Shown: one piece after another, positions 1 through 8,488 of the stretch
How positions within the stretch are numbered: the first letter of the stretch is position 1
Layout of the letters: each line of letters starts with the position of its first letter
From: Bacteroidales bacterium
GTDB lineage: Bacteria > Bacteroidota > Bacteroidia > Bacteroidales > P3
Direction of reading: 5' to 3'
DNA: 64,000 nucleotides
Assembly: GCA_031272705.1 (NCBI GenBank)
Contig: JAISTG010000076.1
Span: 19,204 to 83,203 of the forward strand
Notes under the pieces: model-generated
What the model saw: only the letters and a program-made list of their open reading frames with translations
The model's database searches: none
What the model was told of the DNA's origin: nothing
Program-made: the position numbers and the translations under genes

Positions 1-389
1 AGGTCTTGCGAGCCGCCGAGAATGATTGGAATTATCTTCATTTGAAGCAGAACGGATACCACCTCACCCATAGCAACATAAGTATCACTTAAAGAATTTC
101 CCGTCCGCAGATTACCCAAATCCGCAATCTTTACTGGTTTATCGTGAAGAGTTAAATTGTAAAGGTATTTGCGTACGGCATCGGGAGCATTCTCACTATC
201 GGAGTTTGTTTTGTTTCCTCTGGCTTCTTTTACACCCAAAACGGCAATATCAATATCACTGTTAAGGGTAGGAAATGACGCATTGGTATTGTAGGAAACA
301 ATAAGATGTCCAAGCCGTTCTATATTACTGTTAAAGAAGCCAAAATCTTCTATTTCTATCGGTTCGAAATATACGCTAATATCTTTCAT
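1..389 (-). CDS. ureohydrolase (arginase/formimidoylglutamase) family protein, N-terminal ~129 aa; 3' end outside window
   Basis: Not in ORF track because it runs off the window. Minus-strand ATG at 387-389 opens MKDISVYFEPIEIEDFGFFNSNIERLGHL...MKIIPIILGGSQDL in frame to position 1. The IILGGxxD strand resembles the metal-site segment of the arginase fold. A TActTTTG box lies 30 nt upstream. Confidence 0.4.
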   Translation of the reverse strand, partial: MKDISVYFEPIEIEDFGFFNSNIERLGHLIVSYNTNASFPTLNSDIDIAVLGVKEARGNKTNSDSENAPDAVRKYLYNLTLHDKPVKIADLGNLRTGNSLSDTYVAMGEVVSVLLQMKIIPIILGGSQD

Positions 390-418
390 GGTTTTATTGT
401 TATGACTGTTTGAGGCGG

Positions 419-426
419 CAAAAGTA
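419..426 (-). promoter_or_regulatory. Bacteroidota -7 promoter box TActTTTG
   Basis: Reverse complement reads TACTTTTG, 30 nt upstream of the ATG at 389. Matches the TAnnTTTG consensus of Bacteroides sigma-AB promoters. Confidence 0.5.
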
Positions 427-481
427 CATAAAATTTCTATTTATGGATAATCAGGCGGTAACGGATTAAAATTTATTTTTG

Positions 482-489
482 TATTTTTG
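482..489 (+). promoter_or_regulatory. Bacteroidota -7 promoter box TAttTTTG
   Basis: TATTTTTG lies 38 nt upstream of the ATG at 527. It is divergent from the 419-426 box. Confidence 0.5.
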
Positions 490-526
490 CCGCCTTAAAG
501 TTTTTACATTAAACAAAAAAAACATT

Positions 527-1171
527 ATGACTAATAAACCGAAAGTTATCCCAAAGATACGAAACTATTACACCTTCGGCTACAAAATTAAACTTATTCT
601 GTGGTTGGTGAGGACAAAGATTTTTTATCCGAAGGCTTCGCTGATAAAGTTTCCGTTCGATATTCGGTCAAAGAGGTTTATTGATTTGGGAAGGAACATA
701 AAAATCGGAGTCGGGGCAAGATTCGAAGCCTTCTCGCAGGACAGCAAAACCAAAACCTTAATCTGCGGGGACAACATACAGATTAACGATTACGTGCATA
801 TCACCGCCATGCGGAAGGTTAAAATCGGCAATAATGTCCTTATGGCAGGCAAGATTTATATCTCCGACTGCACGCACGGATTTTATGCCGACGAATCCAC
901 ACCGCCGCATATTCCTCCGGTGGAGAGACCTTACGACATTAAGTCGGTCATCATCGGGGACAACGTTTGGATTGGTGAAGGCGTGTGTATCCTACCCGGA
1001 ACGGTGATAGGAGACGGTTGCATAGTGGGGGCGAACGCTGTGGTGAAGGGGGTCTTTGAGGAAAATTCGGTTATAGTCGGCGTGCCGGCAAGGGTGATAA
1101 AGAAATACAATGCGGACACCTGCCGATGGGAAAAGTACGAAAACCAAAACATAATTAAACATAATAAATAG
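527..1171 (+). CDS. hexapeptide-repeat (left-handed beta-helix) sugar O-acetyltransferase
   Basis: ORF 479..1171 (TTG-initiated in the track) trimmed to the first ATG downstream of the promoter box. Hexapeptide repeats are IGNNVLMAGKIYISD and IGDNVWIGEGVCILPGTVIGDGCIVGANAVV, as in WcaF/Maa-type acetyltransferases. Confidence 0.75.
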   Translation: MTNKPKVIPKIRNYYTFGYKIKLILWLVRTKIFYPKASLIKFPFDIRSKRFIDLGRNIKIGVGARFEAFSQDSKTKTLICGDNIQINDYVHITAMRKVKIGNNVLMAGKIYISDCTHGFYADESTPPHIPPVERPYDIKSVIIGDNVWIGEGVCILPGTVIGDGCIVGANAVVKGVFEENSVIVGVPARVIKKYNADTCRWEKYENQNIIKHNK

Positions 1172-1180
1172 AAAAAGTAT

Positions 1181-2428
1181 ATGAAAAACATTTTAATTAC
1201 GGGCGGAGCGGGTTTTATAGGCTCTAATCTTGCGTTGAGGTTGTTAAATAAGGGATATAAGGTACGTATTTTGGACGTGCTTTTGCCCCAGATTCACGGG
1301 GATAACCCTGAGGAAACTTCGCCGTTGTATAATTCAATACGAAATACCGACGCCGAATTTACGGCAGGCTCCGTTACGGACAGGGATACCTTCCGCAAAG
1401 CCCTTGCGGATATGGATTGTGTGGTGCATTTGGCAGCGGAAACCGGAACAGGACAAAGTATGTACGAGATTGAACGCTACTCAAGAGTAAATGTACTCGG
1501 CACGGCTATACTTTTGGACATTCTAACCAATGAGGAACATAATATAAGGAAGGTGGTGGTCGCTTCTTCACGGGCTATCTACGGCGAGGGACGATACTTC
1601 TGTAATCAGTGCAACAGGGAGGTATATCCGGAGAAAAGGAAAGCCGGCGATATGAAGAAGGGAGACTACGAATGCAAATGTCCCCTCTGCGGAAGCGAAG
1701 TTGAACTCCTTGCAACCAATGAGGTGAGTAAAATTCATCCCACTTCAATCTATGGAATAACCAAGCAGGTACAGGAATCCATGGTTATGACCGTTTGTAA
1801 ATCCGTAGGCATCCCTGCGGTGGCGTTTCGCTACCAGAATGTTTATGGGAAGGGGCAGTCGTTGAGCAATCCCTACACGGGGATTCTCTCGGTGTTCTCT
1901 ACGCAGATACGCAACGGCAACGCAATCAACATCTTTGAAGACGGAAAAGAAACGAGAGACTTTGTGTACATAGATGATGTCGTGGAGGCGACGGTTATGG
2001 GTATTGAAAATTCGACGGCTGACGGCGAGGTGTTTAATGTCGGCACGGGGGTCGCAACGGATGTCTATACGGTGGCACGGGAACTCATCCGGAACTATGA
2101 GGAGGACGTTCATATATTTATTAGCGGTAATTTTAGGATGGGGGACATCCGCCATAATTTTGCAGACATCTCTAAGGCAAAAAGGGTACTCGGTTTTGAG
2201 CCGAAGGTCTCCTTTGCAAAGGGAATTAAACTCTTCACGGATTGGGTTAAAGAACAGAAAATCCAAAAGGACAACTATCAAAAATCAATAGAAGAATTGC
2301 AAAGCAAAGGGTTATTCCTACAACAAGAAGGGTTATTCCGCCTAACCAAAACGGATTGGAGCAAAACCGAATCGTATTGGGATGAATCGGAAGGGAGAAT
2401 AAAAATTCGCGAAAAGGATTGTAATTAA
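1181..2428 (+). CDS. NAD-dependent epimerase/dehydratase (extended SDR) with inserted 4-Cys zinc-ribbon-like segment
   Basis: GGAGFIGSNL Rossmann motif, VVASSRAIYG serine and YGITK (YxxxK) catalytic motif. CNQC...CKCPLC lies between them. The last ~28 codons lie inside a dispersed repeat (2348-2433). Confidence 0.8.
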   Translation: MKNILITGGAGFIGSNLALRLLNKGYKVRILDVLLPQIHGDNPEETSPLYNSIRNTDAEFTAGSVTDRDTFRKALADMDCVVHLAAETGTGQSMYEIERYSRVNVLGTAILLDILTNEEHNIRKVVVASSRAIYGEGRYFCNQCNREVYPEKRKAGDMKKGDYECKCPLCGSEVELLATNEVSKIHPTSIYGITKQVQESMVMTVCKSVGIPAVAFRYQNVYGKGQSLSNPYTGILSVFSTQIRNGNAINIFEDGKETRDFVYIDDVVEATVMGIENSTADGEVFNVGTGVATDVYTVARELIRNYEEDVHIFISGNFRMGDIRHNFADISKAKRVLGFEPKVSFAKGIKLFTDWVKEQKIQKDNYQKSIEELQSKGLFLQQEGLFRLTKTDWSKTESYWDESEGRIKIREKDCN

Positions 2429-2433
2429 AAAAA
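2348..2433 (+). repeat. ~86-bp dispersed repeat, copy 1 (partner at 7875-7959)
   Basis: AAAACGGATTGGAGCAAAACCGAATCGTATTGGGATGAATCGGAAGGGAGAATAAAAATTCGCGAAAAGGATTGTAATTAAAAAA differs from the second copy by two G/A substitutions and one A in the A-run. Confidence 0.9.
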
Positions 2434-2463
2434 TTTGGTTCAAGACAATTTAAGAGAAAATAG

Positions 2464-2471
2464 TACCTTTG
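2464..2471 (+). promoter_or_regulatory. -7 promoter box TAccTTTG (within shared TACCTTTGCAGCCGA segment)
   Basis: Lies 26 nt upstream of the meaB ATG at 2497. The same 15-mer recurs at 7967-7981. Confidence 0.55.
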
Positions 2472-2496
2472 CAGCCGATATAAAAGCATAAAACCA

Positions 2497-3594
2497 ATGT
2501 ACGATAAAATAACAGACCCCGAAAACCCCAATTCAAACCTCAAAGTGCAGAAAGCCATTGAACAGCCCGACCAAATAAATCACACTTTTCTTAATCACTT
2601 CAAGGCTAAACGACAACTTACCGTTGAAGAATTTGTTAAGGGTATTCTGGAAGGCAATCGTACCGTTCTCTCACAGGCAATTACATTGGTGGAATCGTCT
2701 TTGTATGAGCACCAAACAAAGGCTCAAAAGATTATTGAGCAGTGTTTGCCTCACGCAGGTAAGAGTATAAGGGTTGGGATTACAGGTGTGCCGGGCGTAG
2801 GTAAGAGTACAACGATAGAAGCCTTGGGAAATATGCTGACAAAACAGCAACACAAACTTGCCGTTCTTGCCATTGACCCCAGCAGTGAAAAGACTAAAGG
2901 CTCTATTTTGGGCGATAAAACCCGTATGGAGACACTTGCCAATAACCCATCAGCCTTCATACGTCCTTCTCCTTCAGCAGGTTCGCTTGGAGGCGTGGCT
3001 CGTAAGACCAGAGAAATAATTGTACTTTGTGAAGCGGCGGGTTATGATGTTATATTCGTGGAAACGGTTGGTGTAGGACAGAGTGAGGTGGCTGTGGCTT
3101 CAATGGTGGATTTCTTTCTTTTGTTACAACTTGCCAATGCTGGCGATGAGTTGCAGGGAATAAAAAGAGGCATTATGGAAATGGCTGATGCAATATCTAT
3201 AAATAAGGCTGACGGTGATAATAAAGCACCTTCGGAACTTGCAGCAAGACAATATCGTAATGCTTTGGCTCTTTTCCCGCCTTCTTCTTCGGGTTGGCAG
3301 CCTCAGGTCTTCACTTCGTCGGCTTATACACTTGACGGCATAGACCACATTTGGGAAACAATAAGCGATTACGTTACTCTAACAAAGGGAAACGGTTATT
3401 TCTATCAACGACGTAATGAACAAAACTTGCGAATTTTGTCAGAAACAATCAATTATCACCTTACACAACGTTTTTACGAAGATAAACAGATACGCTTACG
3501 CCTTGAGCAGGTACGGAAAGATGTTTTGGACAACCGTATAAGTGCTTATGTGGCAGCCCAAACCCTGATTGATGAGTATTTTTCCCAATCTTAA
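2497..3594 (+). CDS. meaB: methylmalonyl-CoA mutase-associated GTPase MeaB/ArgK family
   Basis: P-loop GVPGVGKST, ETVGVGQSE switch motif, NKAD specificity motif and a length (365 aa) typical of MeaB. Confidence 0.8.
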   Translation: MYDKITDPENPNSNLKVQKAIEQPDQINHTFLNHFKAKRQLTVEEFVKGILEGNRTVLSQAITLVESSLYEHQTKAQKIIEQCLPHAGKSIRVGITGVPGVGKSTTIEALGNMLTKQQHKLAVLAIDPSSEKTKGSILGDKTRMETLANNPSAFIRPSPSAGSLGGVARKTREIIVLCEAAGYDVIFVETVGVGQSEVAVASMVDFFLLLQLANAGDELQGIKRGIMEMADAISINKADGDNKAPSELAARQYRNALALFPPSSSGWQPQVFTSSAYTLDGIDHIWETISDYVTLTKGNGYFYQRRNEQNLRILSETINYHLTQRFYEDKQIRLRLEQVRKDVLDNRISAYVAAQTLIDEYFSQS

Positions 3595-3595
3595 A

Positions 3596-4042
3596 CTACT
3601 CCCATCTTAAATAAGTGGTATAGACCTCCAATGTAGTGGATTTTAATATCATTTCGTTTTGGTCTATTTTGTTTATGATGTATTGTTTCTCTGCCTGAGT
3701 AGCGATATTCATCATTGTAAGAGTGTCGTGTGCAATAGTGTAAGTGTAATTTGAGGTATAAGGCTGACGGCACATCGTTACGGTATCACCGTTTATGATT
3801 GTATCAAACTGACCCGATATTTTCACATCTTTAACTCTTCTTTGAGTAGCCTGAAACACGTAATCCGAAAACTCAAGGTAAGATTGCTTGGTGCAATCGG
3901 ATATAAGCGTATCTTCAACTACCGCTTTATCTCGCCATTTACCTGTTATGAGGTCGTGGTCTTCTTCTTCCTTGCAGCCGTTGAAAAGAAAACCGCCCAG
4001 AATAAGGGACAATGCTGCACTGTATAATAATTTACGTTTCAT
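3596..4042 (-). CDS. small lipoprotein, function unknown
   Basis: ORF 3596..4075 trimmed to MKRKLLYSAALSLILGGFLFNGC (signal peptide plus lipobox Cys). Sits 1 nt downstream of the preceding membrane-protein ORF, so likely co-transcribed. Confidence 0.6.
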   Translation of the reverse strand: MKRKLLYSAALSLILGGFLFNGCKEEEDHDLITGKWRDKAVVEDTLISDCTKQSYLEFSDYVFQATQRRVKDVKISGQFDTIINGDTVTMCRQPYTSNYTYTIAHDTLTMMNIATQAEKQYIINKIDQNEMILKSTTLEVYTTYLRWE

Positions 4043-4043
4043 A

Positions 4044-4442
4044 TTATTTTGATTTGTTGTTATTTTTCTTTGCAAGAGAATTAAGGGTTATGGTATCAAA
4101 AATCAGATACAGGATAAAAATTACGAAATACGCCACAGCAAACATTTTATCCTTCTCTATGTTAAGTAGATATACTATTGCGAGAAGCAATAAGTAGATT
4201 ATCATTTTGCCGAATTTGGCAACCATAAAGGCATTAACAAAATTCATCACACCACGTTTTGGCAAAAAATACACAAGGCAGTATCCTGCGGCTGTCAAAA
4301 CCCAAAACATCACTATATAATAAGGTATGTAATGACTTAATGCTCCTTTGGAGAAGAGCATAAAAAAGAAAAACATAAAACAAACGACTATCGAAAAGAT
4401 TGACAGACGAGTTAAATACACTGCTATTGGATGTTGTTTCAT
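4044..4442 (-). CDS. small multi-pass membrane protein, function unknown
   Basis: 132-aa ORF with about four hydrophobic spans. A TAccTTTG box lies 53 nt upstream. Confidence 0.5.
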   Translation of the reverse strand: MKQHPIAVYLTRLSIFSIVVCFMFFFFMLFSKGALSHYIPYYIVMFWVLTAAGYCLVYFLPKRGVMNFVNAFMVAKFGKMIIYLLLLAIVYLLNIEKDKMFAVAYFVIFILYLIFDTITLNSLAKKNNNKSK

Positions 4443-4494
4443 ATATGTTTGAATTAAAAAAAATCACATCAGGTTTTATCCTGTTTTCAGCCTG

Positions 4495-4502
4495 CAAAGG
4501 TA
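4495..4502 (-). promoter_or_regulatory. -7 promoter box TAccTTTG
   Basis: Reverse complement reads TACCTTTG, upstream of the ATG at 4442. Confidence 0.5.
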
Positions 4503-4771
4503 CAATTTTTTTCTTAATTCAAAATGTTATTATCAATTTTATGGCAACCGCACGAAAATTTTCCCAAAGCAAAATTTGTCAAATGGCAACAATATATACA
4601 TATCGCTTAGGTGTTTAATCCCCCAAATCCGCTATGCAGACAAACTGGGACAGCAGGTGGAAAAAACGCTTTCATTTCAGTCCGTTGGAAAGACATAAAA
4701 AAGCATTTGGGACACGAAAACTGCATTCCGGCTTTGGCAAATTAAGTTTGAATTTATGAAAATTTTGCTCC

Positions 4772-4937
4772 GTGTTTCTGAACCTTTATCTCGGCGTAGC
4801 CAAATCAAATTACAGCGTGCTAGAATTTGATTATAGATTTCTGTAATTTGATTCCAGCGTTCTATAATTTGATTCTAATTTTCTATAATCAAATTCTAAA
4901 AAATTAGAATCAAATAAGAGAAATCCGTAATCAACTT
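4772..4937. repeat. 21-bp-phased AAT-CAA-ATT module array, locus A (7 modules)
   Basis: 9-mer cores start at 4803(+), 4824(-), 4845(-), 4866(-), 4887(+), 4908(+, AATCAAATA) and 4929(+, AATCAACTT), exactly 21 bp apart. The left flank GTTTCTGAACCTTTATCTCGGCGTAGCCAAATC matches the left end of locus D. Confidence 0.9.
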
Positions 4938-5036
4938 TTGGTTTTTCAAAGTGAAGAAAAAGCAAATTATTTCTTACTTTTGATATTCTGTAAATTTATT
5001 TTTTTGTATTTATTTTGTCATTTCAAAAAAATGTTG

Positions 5037-5044
5037 TAATTTTG
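5037..5044 (+). promoter_or_regulatory. -7 promoter box TAatTTTG
   Basis: Upstream of the rpsO ATG at 5111. Confidence 0.45.
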
Positions 5045-5110
5045 CACGCTCAAAAAAACAGACTTTAAGCGAATTTAATAGTAATAATATAAAAATAAAA
5101 CAAGTAAAAT

Positions 5111-5380
5111 ATGTATTTAACGGCTGAAAAGAAACAGGAAATCTTTAAGCAATTTGGCGGAAACGCTGCCAACACAGGTTCAACGGAAGGTCAAATAGCA
5201 TTATTCACGTTTAGAATAAAACATTTGACTGAACACGTAATTAGAAGTAAAAAAGATAAATCCACACAACGTGCTTTGGTACGTCTGGTTGGCAAGAGAC
5301 GCCGCCTTTTAGACTACTTAAAAGACAGGGATATTGTGAAATACCGTGAGTTAATCAAAGAGTTAGGTATCAGAAAATAA
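5111..5380 (+). CDS. rpsO: 30S ribosomal protein S15
   Basis: 89 aa, MYLTAEKKQEIFKQFGG...TGSTEGQIALFT...RRLLDYLK. Shows the conserved rpsO-pnp arrangement. Confidence 0.95.
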   Translation: MYLTAEKKQEIFKQFGGNAANTGSTEGQIALFTFRIKHLTEHVIRSKKDKSTQRALVRLVGKRRRLLDYLKDRDIVKYRELIKELGIRK

Positions 5381-5441
5381 TCTGGCGGCTTTGAGATTGA
5401 TTCTTAACATTGTAATTAAAAAGAAAAGATAGATTAAAATG

Positions 5442-5478
5442 AAAGGTAATTAGCTTCTAATTGCCTTTTCGTATTTTG
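5442..5478 (+). terminator. rpsO terminator/attenuator hairpin
   Basis: 12-bp stem AAAGGTAATTAG / CTAATTGCCTTT (one G-U pair) with a 3-nt loop, followed by TCGTATTTT. Located between rpsO and pnp. Confidence 0.5.
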
Positions 5479-5561
5479 GTAAGGAGCTACTGAAAGAATA
5501 AAAAAAGAGTAATTGCCGGGCAAGCTCCGCTCGGAAGAGGTAAATTAACATAAGAAGCAAA

Positions 5562-7805
5562 ATGTTAGGAACAAAGAAAGTCTTCACACTGGCAGACGGA
5601 AGACAGATAGAAATTGAAACCGGTAAGCTTGCCAAGCAAGCCGATGGTTCTGCCGTAGTTAGAATGGGCGATACAATGATTCTCGCCGCTGTTTGTGCAA
5701 AAAAAGAAGCAGGAGAGAACGTTGATTTTATGCCATTAAGCGTTGATTATCAAGAAAAGTATGCTGCAACCGGTCGTTTTCCGGGAGGATTCTTCAAACG
5801 TGAAGCAAGACCTTCGGAATATGAGATTTTGATTGCACGTCTGGTAGATAGGGCATTGCGTCCGTTGTTTCCTGATAATTATCACGCAGAAGTACAGGTG
5901 CAAATTACTTTAATATCGGGCGATCCGAACACTCCACCTGACGCATTGGCGGCATTGGCGGCAGCATCGGCTATAGCAGTATCCGATATTCCTTTTAACG
6001 GACCTGTAAGTGAGTGTCGCGTAGCGTATCTTGACGGAGAATTTAAGATAAATCCGTCTTTGGAAGAGATGGAACGTGCTGAACTTGATCTCATTGTAGC
6101 AGCCACCAAAGACAATATAATGATGGTGGAAGGTGAAATGAAGGAAGTAAGTGAGGAATTGATGTTAGAAGCGTTGCGTCAGGCACATAATAACATCAAG
6201 TTGCATTGTCAGGCTATTGATGAACTGATGTATGAGGTTGGAAAACAGGTAAAAAGAGAATATTGCCACGAAACAAACGATGAAGAGTTGCGATTGAAAC
6301 TCCATGATGCCGTTTATCAGCAATGTTATGACCTTGCACATAAGGGAATCAAAAATAAAAGTGAAAGAACAGAAGGTTTTGATGCCATAAAACAAGCCTT
6401 TGTTGAAACTCTTACACCTGAGGAAGTAGAGGAAAAGCAGTTTATGATTGACAGATACTTCCATGACGTAGAGAAAGAGGCTATGCGTGATATGGTTTTG
6501 AACGAAAGAACAAGACTTGACGGCAGAAAATTAGACGAAATCCGTCCTATCTGGACAGAAATTGACTATTTGCCATCTGCTCACGGCTCTGCAATCTTCA
6601 CAAGAGGGGAAACACAATCATTAACCACTTGTACGCTTGGAACAAAACTTGATGAACAGATAATAGACGGAGCAATGATAGAAGGTAAAAATCACTTTTT
6701 ACTGCACTATAATTTTCCGGGATTTTCCACAGGTGAAGTAAAACCAAACAGAGGTACTTCAAGGCGTGAAATAGGACATGGTAATCTTGCAATGAGAGCC
6801 TTAAAAAGTGTTATTCCTCCGCAGGAAGAATGTCCTTATACCATTAGAATAGTATCCGATATTCTTGAATCAAACGGCTCTTCCTCAATGGCAACTGTTT
6901 GTGCCGGCTGTCTGGCTTTGATGGATGCAGGTGTTAAAATTCGCAAACCTGTTTCCGGAATTGCTATGGGACTGATTGCAAAGGATGGAAAGTGGGCAGT
7001 ATTGTCCGATATTCTTGGAGATGAGGACCATTTGGGTGATATGGACTTTAAGGTTACAGGCACTCGTGATGGCATAACTGCTTGTCAAATGGATATAAAA
7101 TGTGATGGCTTGTCTTATGAAATACTTGCAAAAGCACTTGCGCAAGCAAAAGAAGGCAGACTGTTTATTTTGAATAAGATAACCGATACAATTCCTGAAC
7201 CGCGAGAAGACTACAAGCCTCACGTGCCAAGAGTTGTTCAAATGCAGATACCAAAGGATATGATTGGTGCAGTGATTGGACCTCAGGGAAAAATAATTCA
7301 AGAAATTCAAAAGGATACTAATACCGTTATTGTTATTGAAGACAAGGAAGAATACGGCACTGTTGATATTTCATCTGTAAATAAAGAAGGTATTGAAGCG
7401 GCTGTTGCACGTATCAAAGCGATAATTACCGTTCCTGTTGTAGGTGAAATATATCACGGAAAGGTTAAAAACTTGCAGTCTTTTGGAGCATTCATTGAGT
7501 TTTTGCCCGGTAAGGACGGAATGATTCACGTTTCTGACTTGCGTTGGGAAAAAGTTAAGAAGATTGAAGACGTAATTAAAATTGGTGAAGAGGTAGATGC
7601 AAAACTTATTGATATAGATAAGAAGACAGGAAAATACAAATTGTCTGTCAAATTGCTGTTGCCTAAACCCGAAGGATATGTTGAGCCGGAACCAAAGCCT
7701 AAAAGCGAGAACAAAAGACGCACAAAGCCGTCTCGCAAACGTAAAGAAAAATCGCCAAGTAAGGACAGAGGTAACGGAGACCGCAGTAACAATGCGGACA
7801 TATAA
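5562..7805 (+). CDS. pnp: polyribonucleotide nucleotidyltransferase (PNPase)
   Basis: 747 aa with two RNase PH-like halves, KH ([15 protein letters not shown]) and S1 ([20 protein letters not shown]) domains. Carries a Lys/Arg/Pro-rich C-terminal tail. Confidence 0.95.
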   Translation: MLGTKKVFTLADGRQIEIETGKLAKQADGSAVVRMGDTMILAAVCAKKEAGENVDFMPLSVDYQEKYAATGRFPGGFFKREARPSEYEILIARLVDRALRPLFPDNYHAEVQVQITLISGDPNTPPDALAALAAASAIAVSDIPFNGPVSECRVAYLDGEFKINPSLEEMERAELDLIVAATKDNIMMVEGEMKEVSEELMLEALRQAHNNIKLHCQAIDELMYEVGKQVKREYCHETNDEELRLKLHDAVYQQCYDLAHKGIKNKSERTEGFDAIKQAFVETLTPEEVEEKQFMIDRYFHDVEKEAMRDMVLNERTRLDGRKLDEIRPIWTEIDYLPSAHGSAIFTRGETQSLTTCTLGTKLDEQIIDGAMIEGKNHFLLHYNFPGFSTGEVKPNRGTSRREIGHGNLAMRALKSVIPPQEECPYTIRIVSDILESNGSSSMATVCAGCLALMDAGVKIRKPVSGIAMGLIAKDGKWAVLSDILGDEDHLGDMDFKVTGTRDGITACQMDIKCDGLSYEILAKALAQAKEGRLFILNKITDTIPEPREDYKPHVPRVVQMQIPKDMIGAVIGPQGKIIQEIQKDTNTVIVIEDKEEYGTVDISSVNKEGIEAAVARIKAIITVPVVGEIYHGKVKNLQSFGAFIEFLPGKDGMIHVSDLRWEKVKKIEDVIKIGEEVDAKLIDIDKKTGKYKLSVKLLLPKPEGYVEPEPKPKSENKRRTKPSRKRKEKSPSKDRGNGDRSNNADI

Positions 7806-7839
7806 AGAAACAATAATAAATTTTTTGTGTTTATGATTG

Positions 7840-7870
7840 GGCTTACTCTTTTGGGAGTGAGCCTTTTTTA
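7840..7870 (+). terminator. rho-independent terminator after pnp
   Basis: GGCTTACTC / GAGTGAGCC stem with loop TTTTGG, followed by TTTTTT. Confidence 0.7.
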
Positions 7871-7874
7871 TTTT

Positions 7875-7959
7875 AAAACGGATTGGAGCAAAACCAAATC
7901 GTATTGGGATGAATCGGAAGGGAGAATAAAAATTCGCAAAAAGGATTGTAATTAAAAAA
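7875..7959 (+). repeat. ~86-bp dispersed repeat, copy 2 (partner at 2348-2433)
   Basis: Near-identical to copy 1. Here it is intergenic, immediately after the pnp terminator. Confidence 0.9.
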
Positions 7960-7966
7960 TTTTTTT

Positions 7967-7974
7967 TACCTTTG
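7967..7974 (+). promoter_or_regulatory. -7 promoter box TAccTTTG (second copy of TACCTTTGCAGCCGA)
   Basis: Same 15-mer as at 2464-2478. The next convincing ORF starts 515 nt downstream (8489), implying a long structured leader. Confidence 0.45.
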
Positions 7975-8043
7975 CAGCCGAATTTAATATGAAAAATTGT
8001 TCATGGAATCATATTTTTTAATTAGTTTGTTGAATTTAAACGG

Positions 8044-8100
8044 AGGCGTAGTTACCAAACAAATCGTGATTATTTAATATATGCTACGCCGAAGTTTTTT
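8044..8100 (+). repeat. hairpin element a (GAGGCGTAGTTACC...ATGCTACGCCGAAGTTTTT)
   Basis: GGCGTAG (8045-8051) pairs with CTACGCC (8084-8090). The termini are shared with element b, and the GCTACGCCGAAG...GTTCCGAA end resembles the locus D end. Confidence 0.8.
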
Positions 8101-8158
8101 TGTGTTCCGAATTTCTTTTTACACTTTAAAATTTTGTTTTTTAATGTTCATATGACCA

Positions 8159-8225
8159 GAGGCGTAGTTACCCAAAAGATTATTTATCATTTTGGTTTCT
8201 TGAGGTATGCTACGCCGAAGTTTTT
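8159..8225 (+). repeat. hairpin element b (GAGGCGTAGTTACC...ATGCTACGCCGAAGTTTTT)
   Basis: GGCGTAG (8161-8167) pairs with CTACGCC (8210-8216). An inner CCAAAA/TTTTGG stem is also present. Confidence 0.8.
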
Positions 8226-8229
8226 GAAA

Positions 8230-8433
8230 GGACAGCCAACGAATGGTTTAGGACAACCAACGGATGGTTTAGGACAGCCAACGGATGGTTTAGGACAGCC
8301 AACGAATGGTTTAGGACAACCAACGGATGGTTTAGGACAGCCAACGAATGGTTTAGGACAGCCAACGAATGGTTTAGGACAGCCAACGGATGGTTTAGGA
8401 CAGCCAACGAATGGTTTAGGACAGCCAACGAAT
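8230..8433. repeat. 21-bp tandem repeat GGACAGCCAACGAATGGTTTA, 9 full units plus 15 bp
   Basis: Units start at 8230+21n. Only two positions vary: G/A at unit position 6 and A/G at position 13. Open in three frames, which is a repeat artefact. Confidence 0.95.
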
Positions 8434-8488
8434 AATTGTATATCATTATTAATTAATAAAGTATTAACCATAAAAAATTTATATCAAT

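Noticed and set aside
2429-2496. Cobalamin riboswitch upstream of meaB
   Set aside because: The leader from the promoter box to the ATG is only ~25 nt, and I could not find a B12-box-like sequence in 2340-2496.
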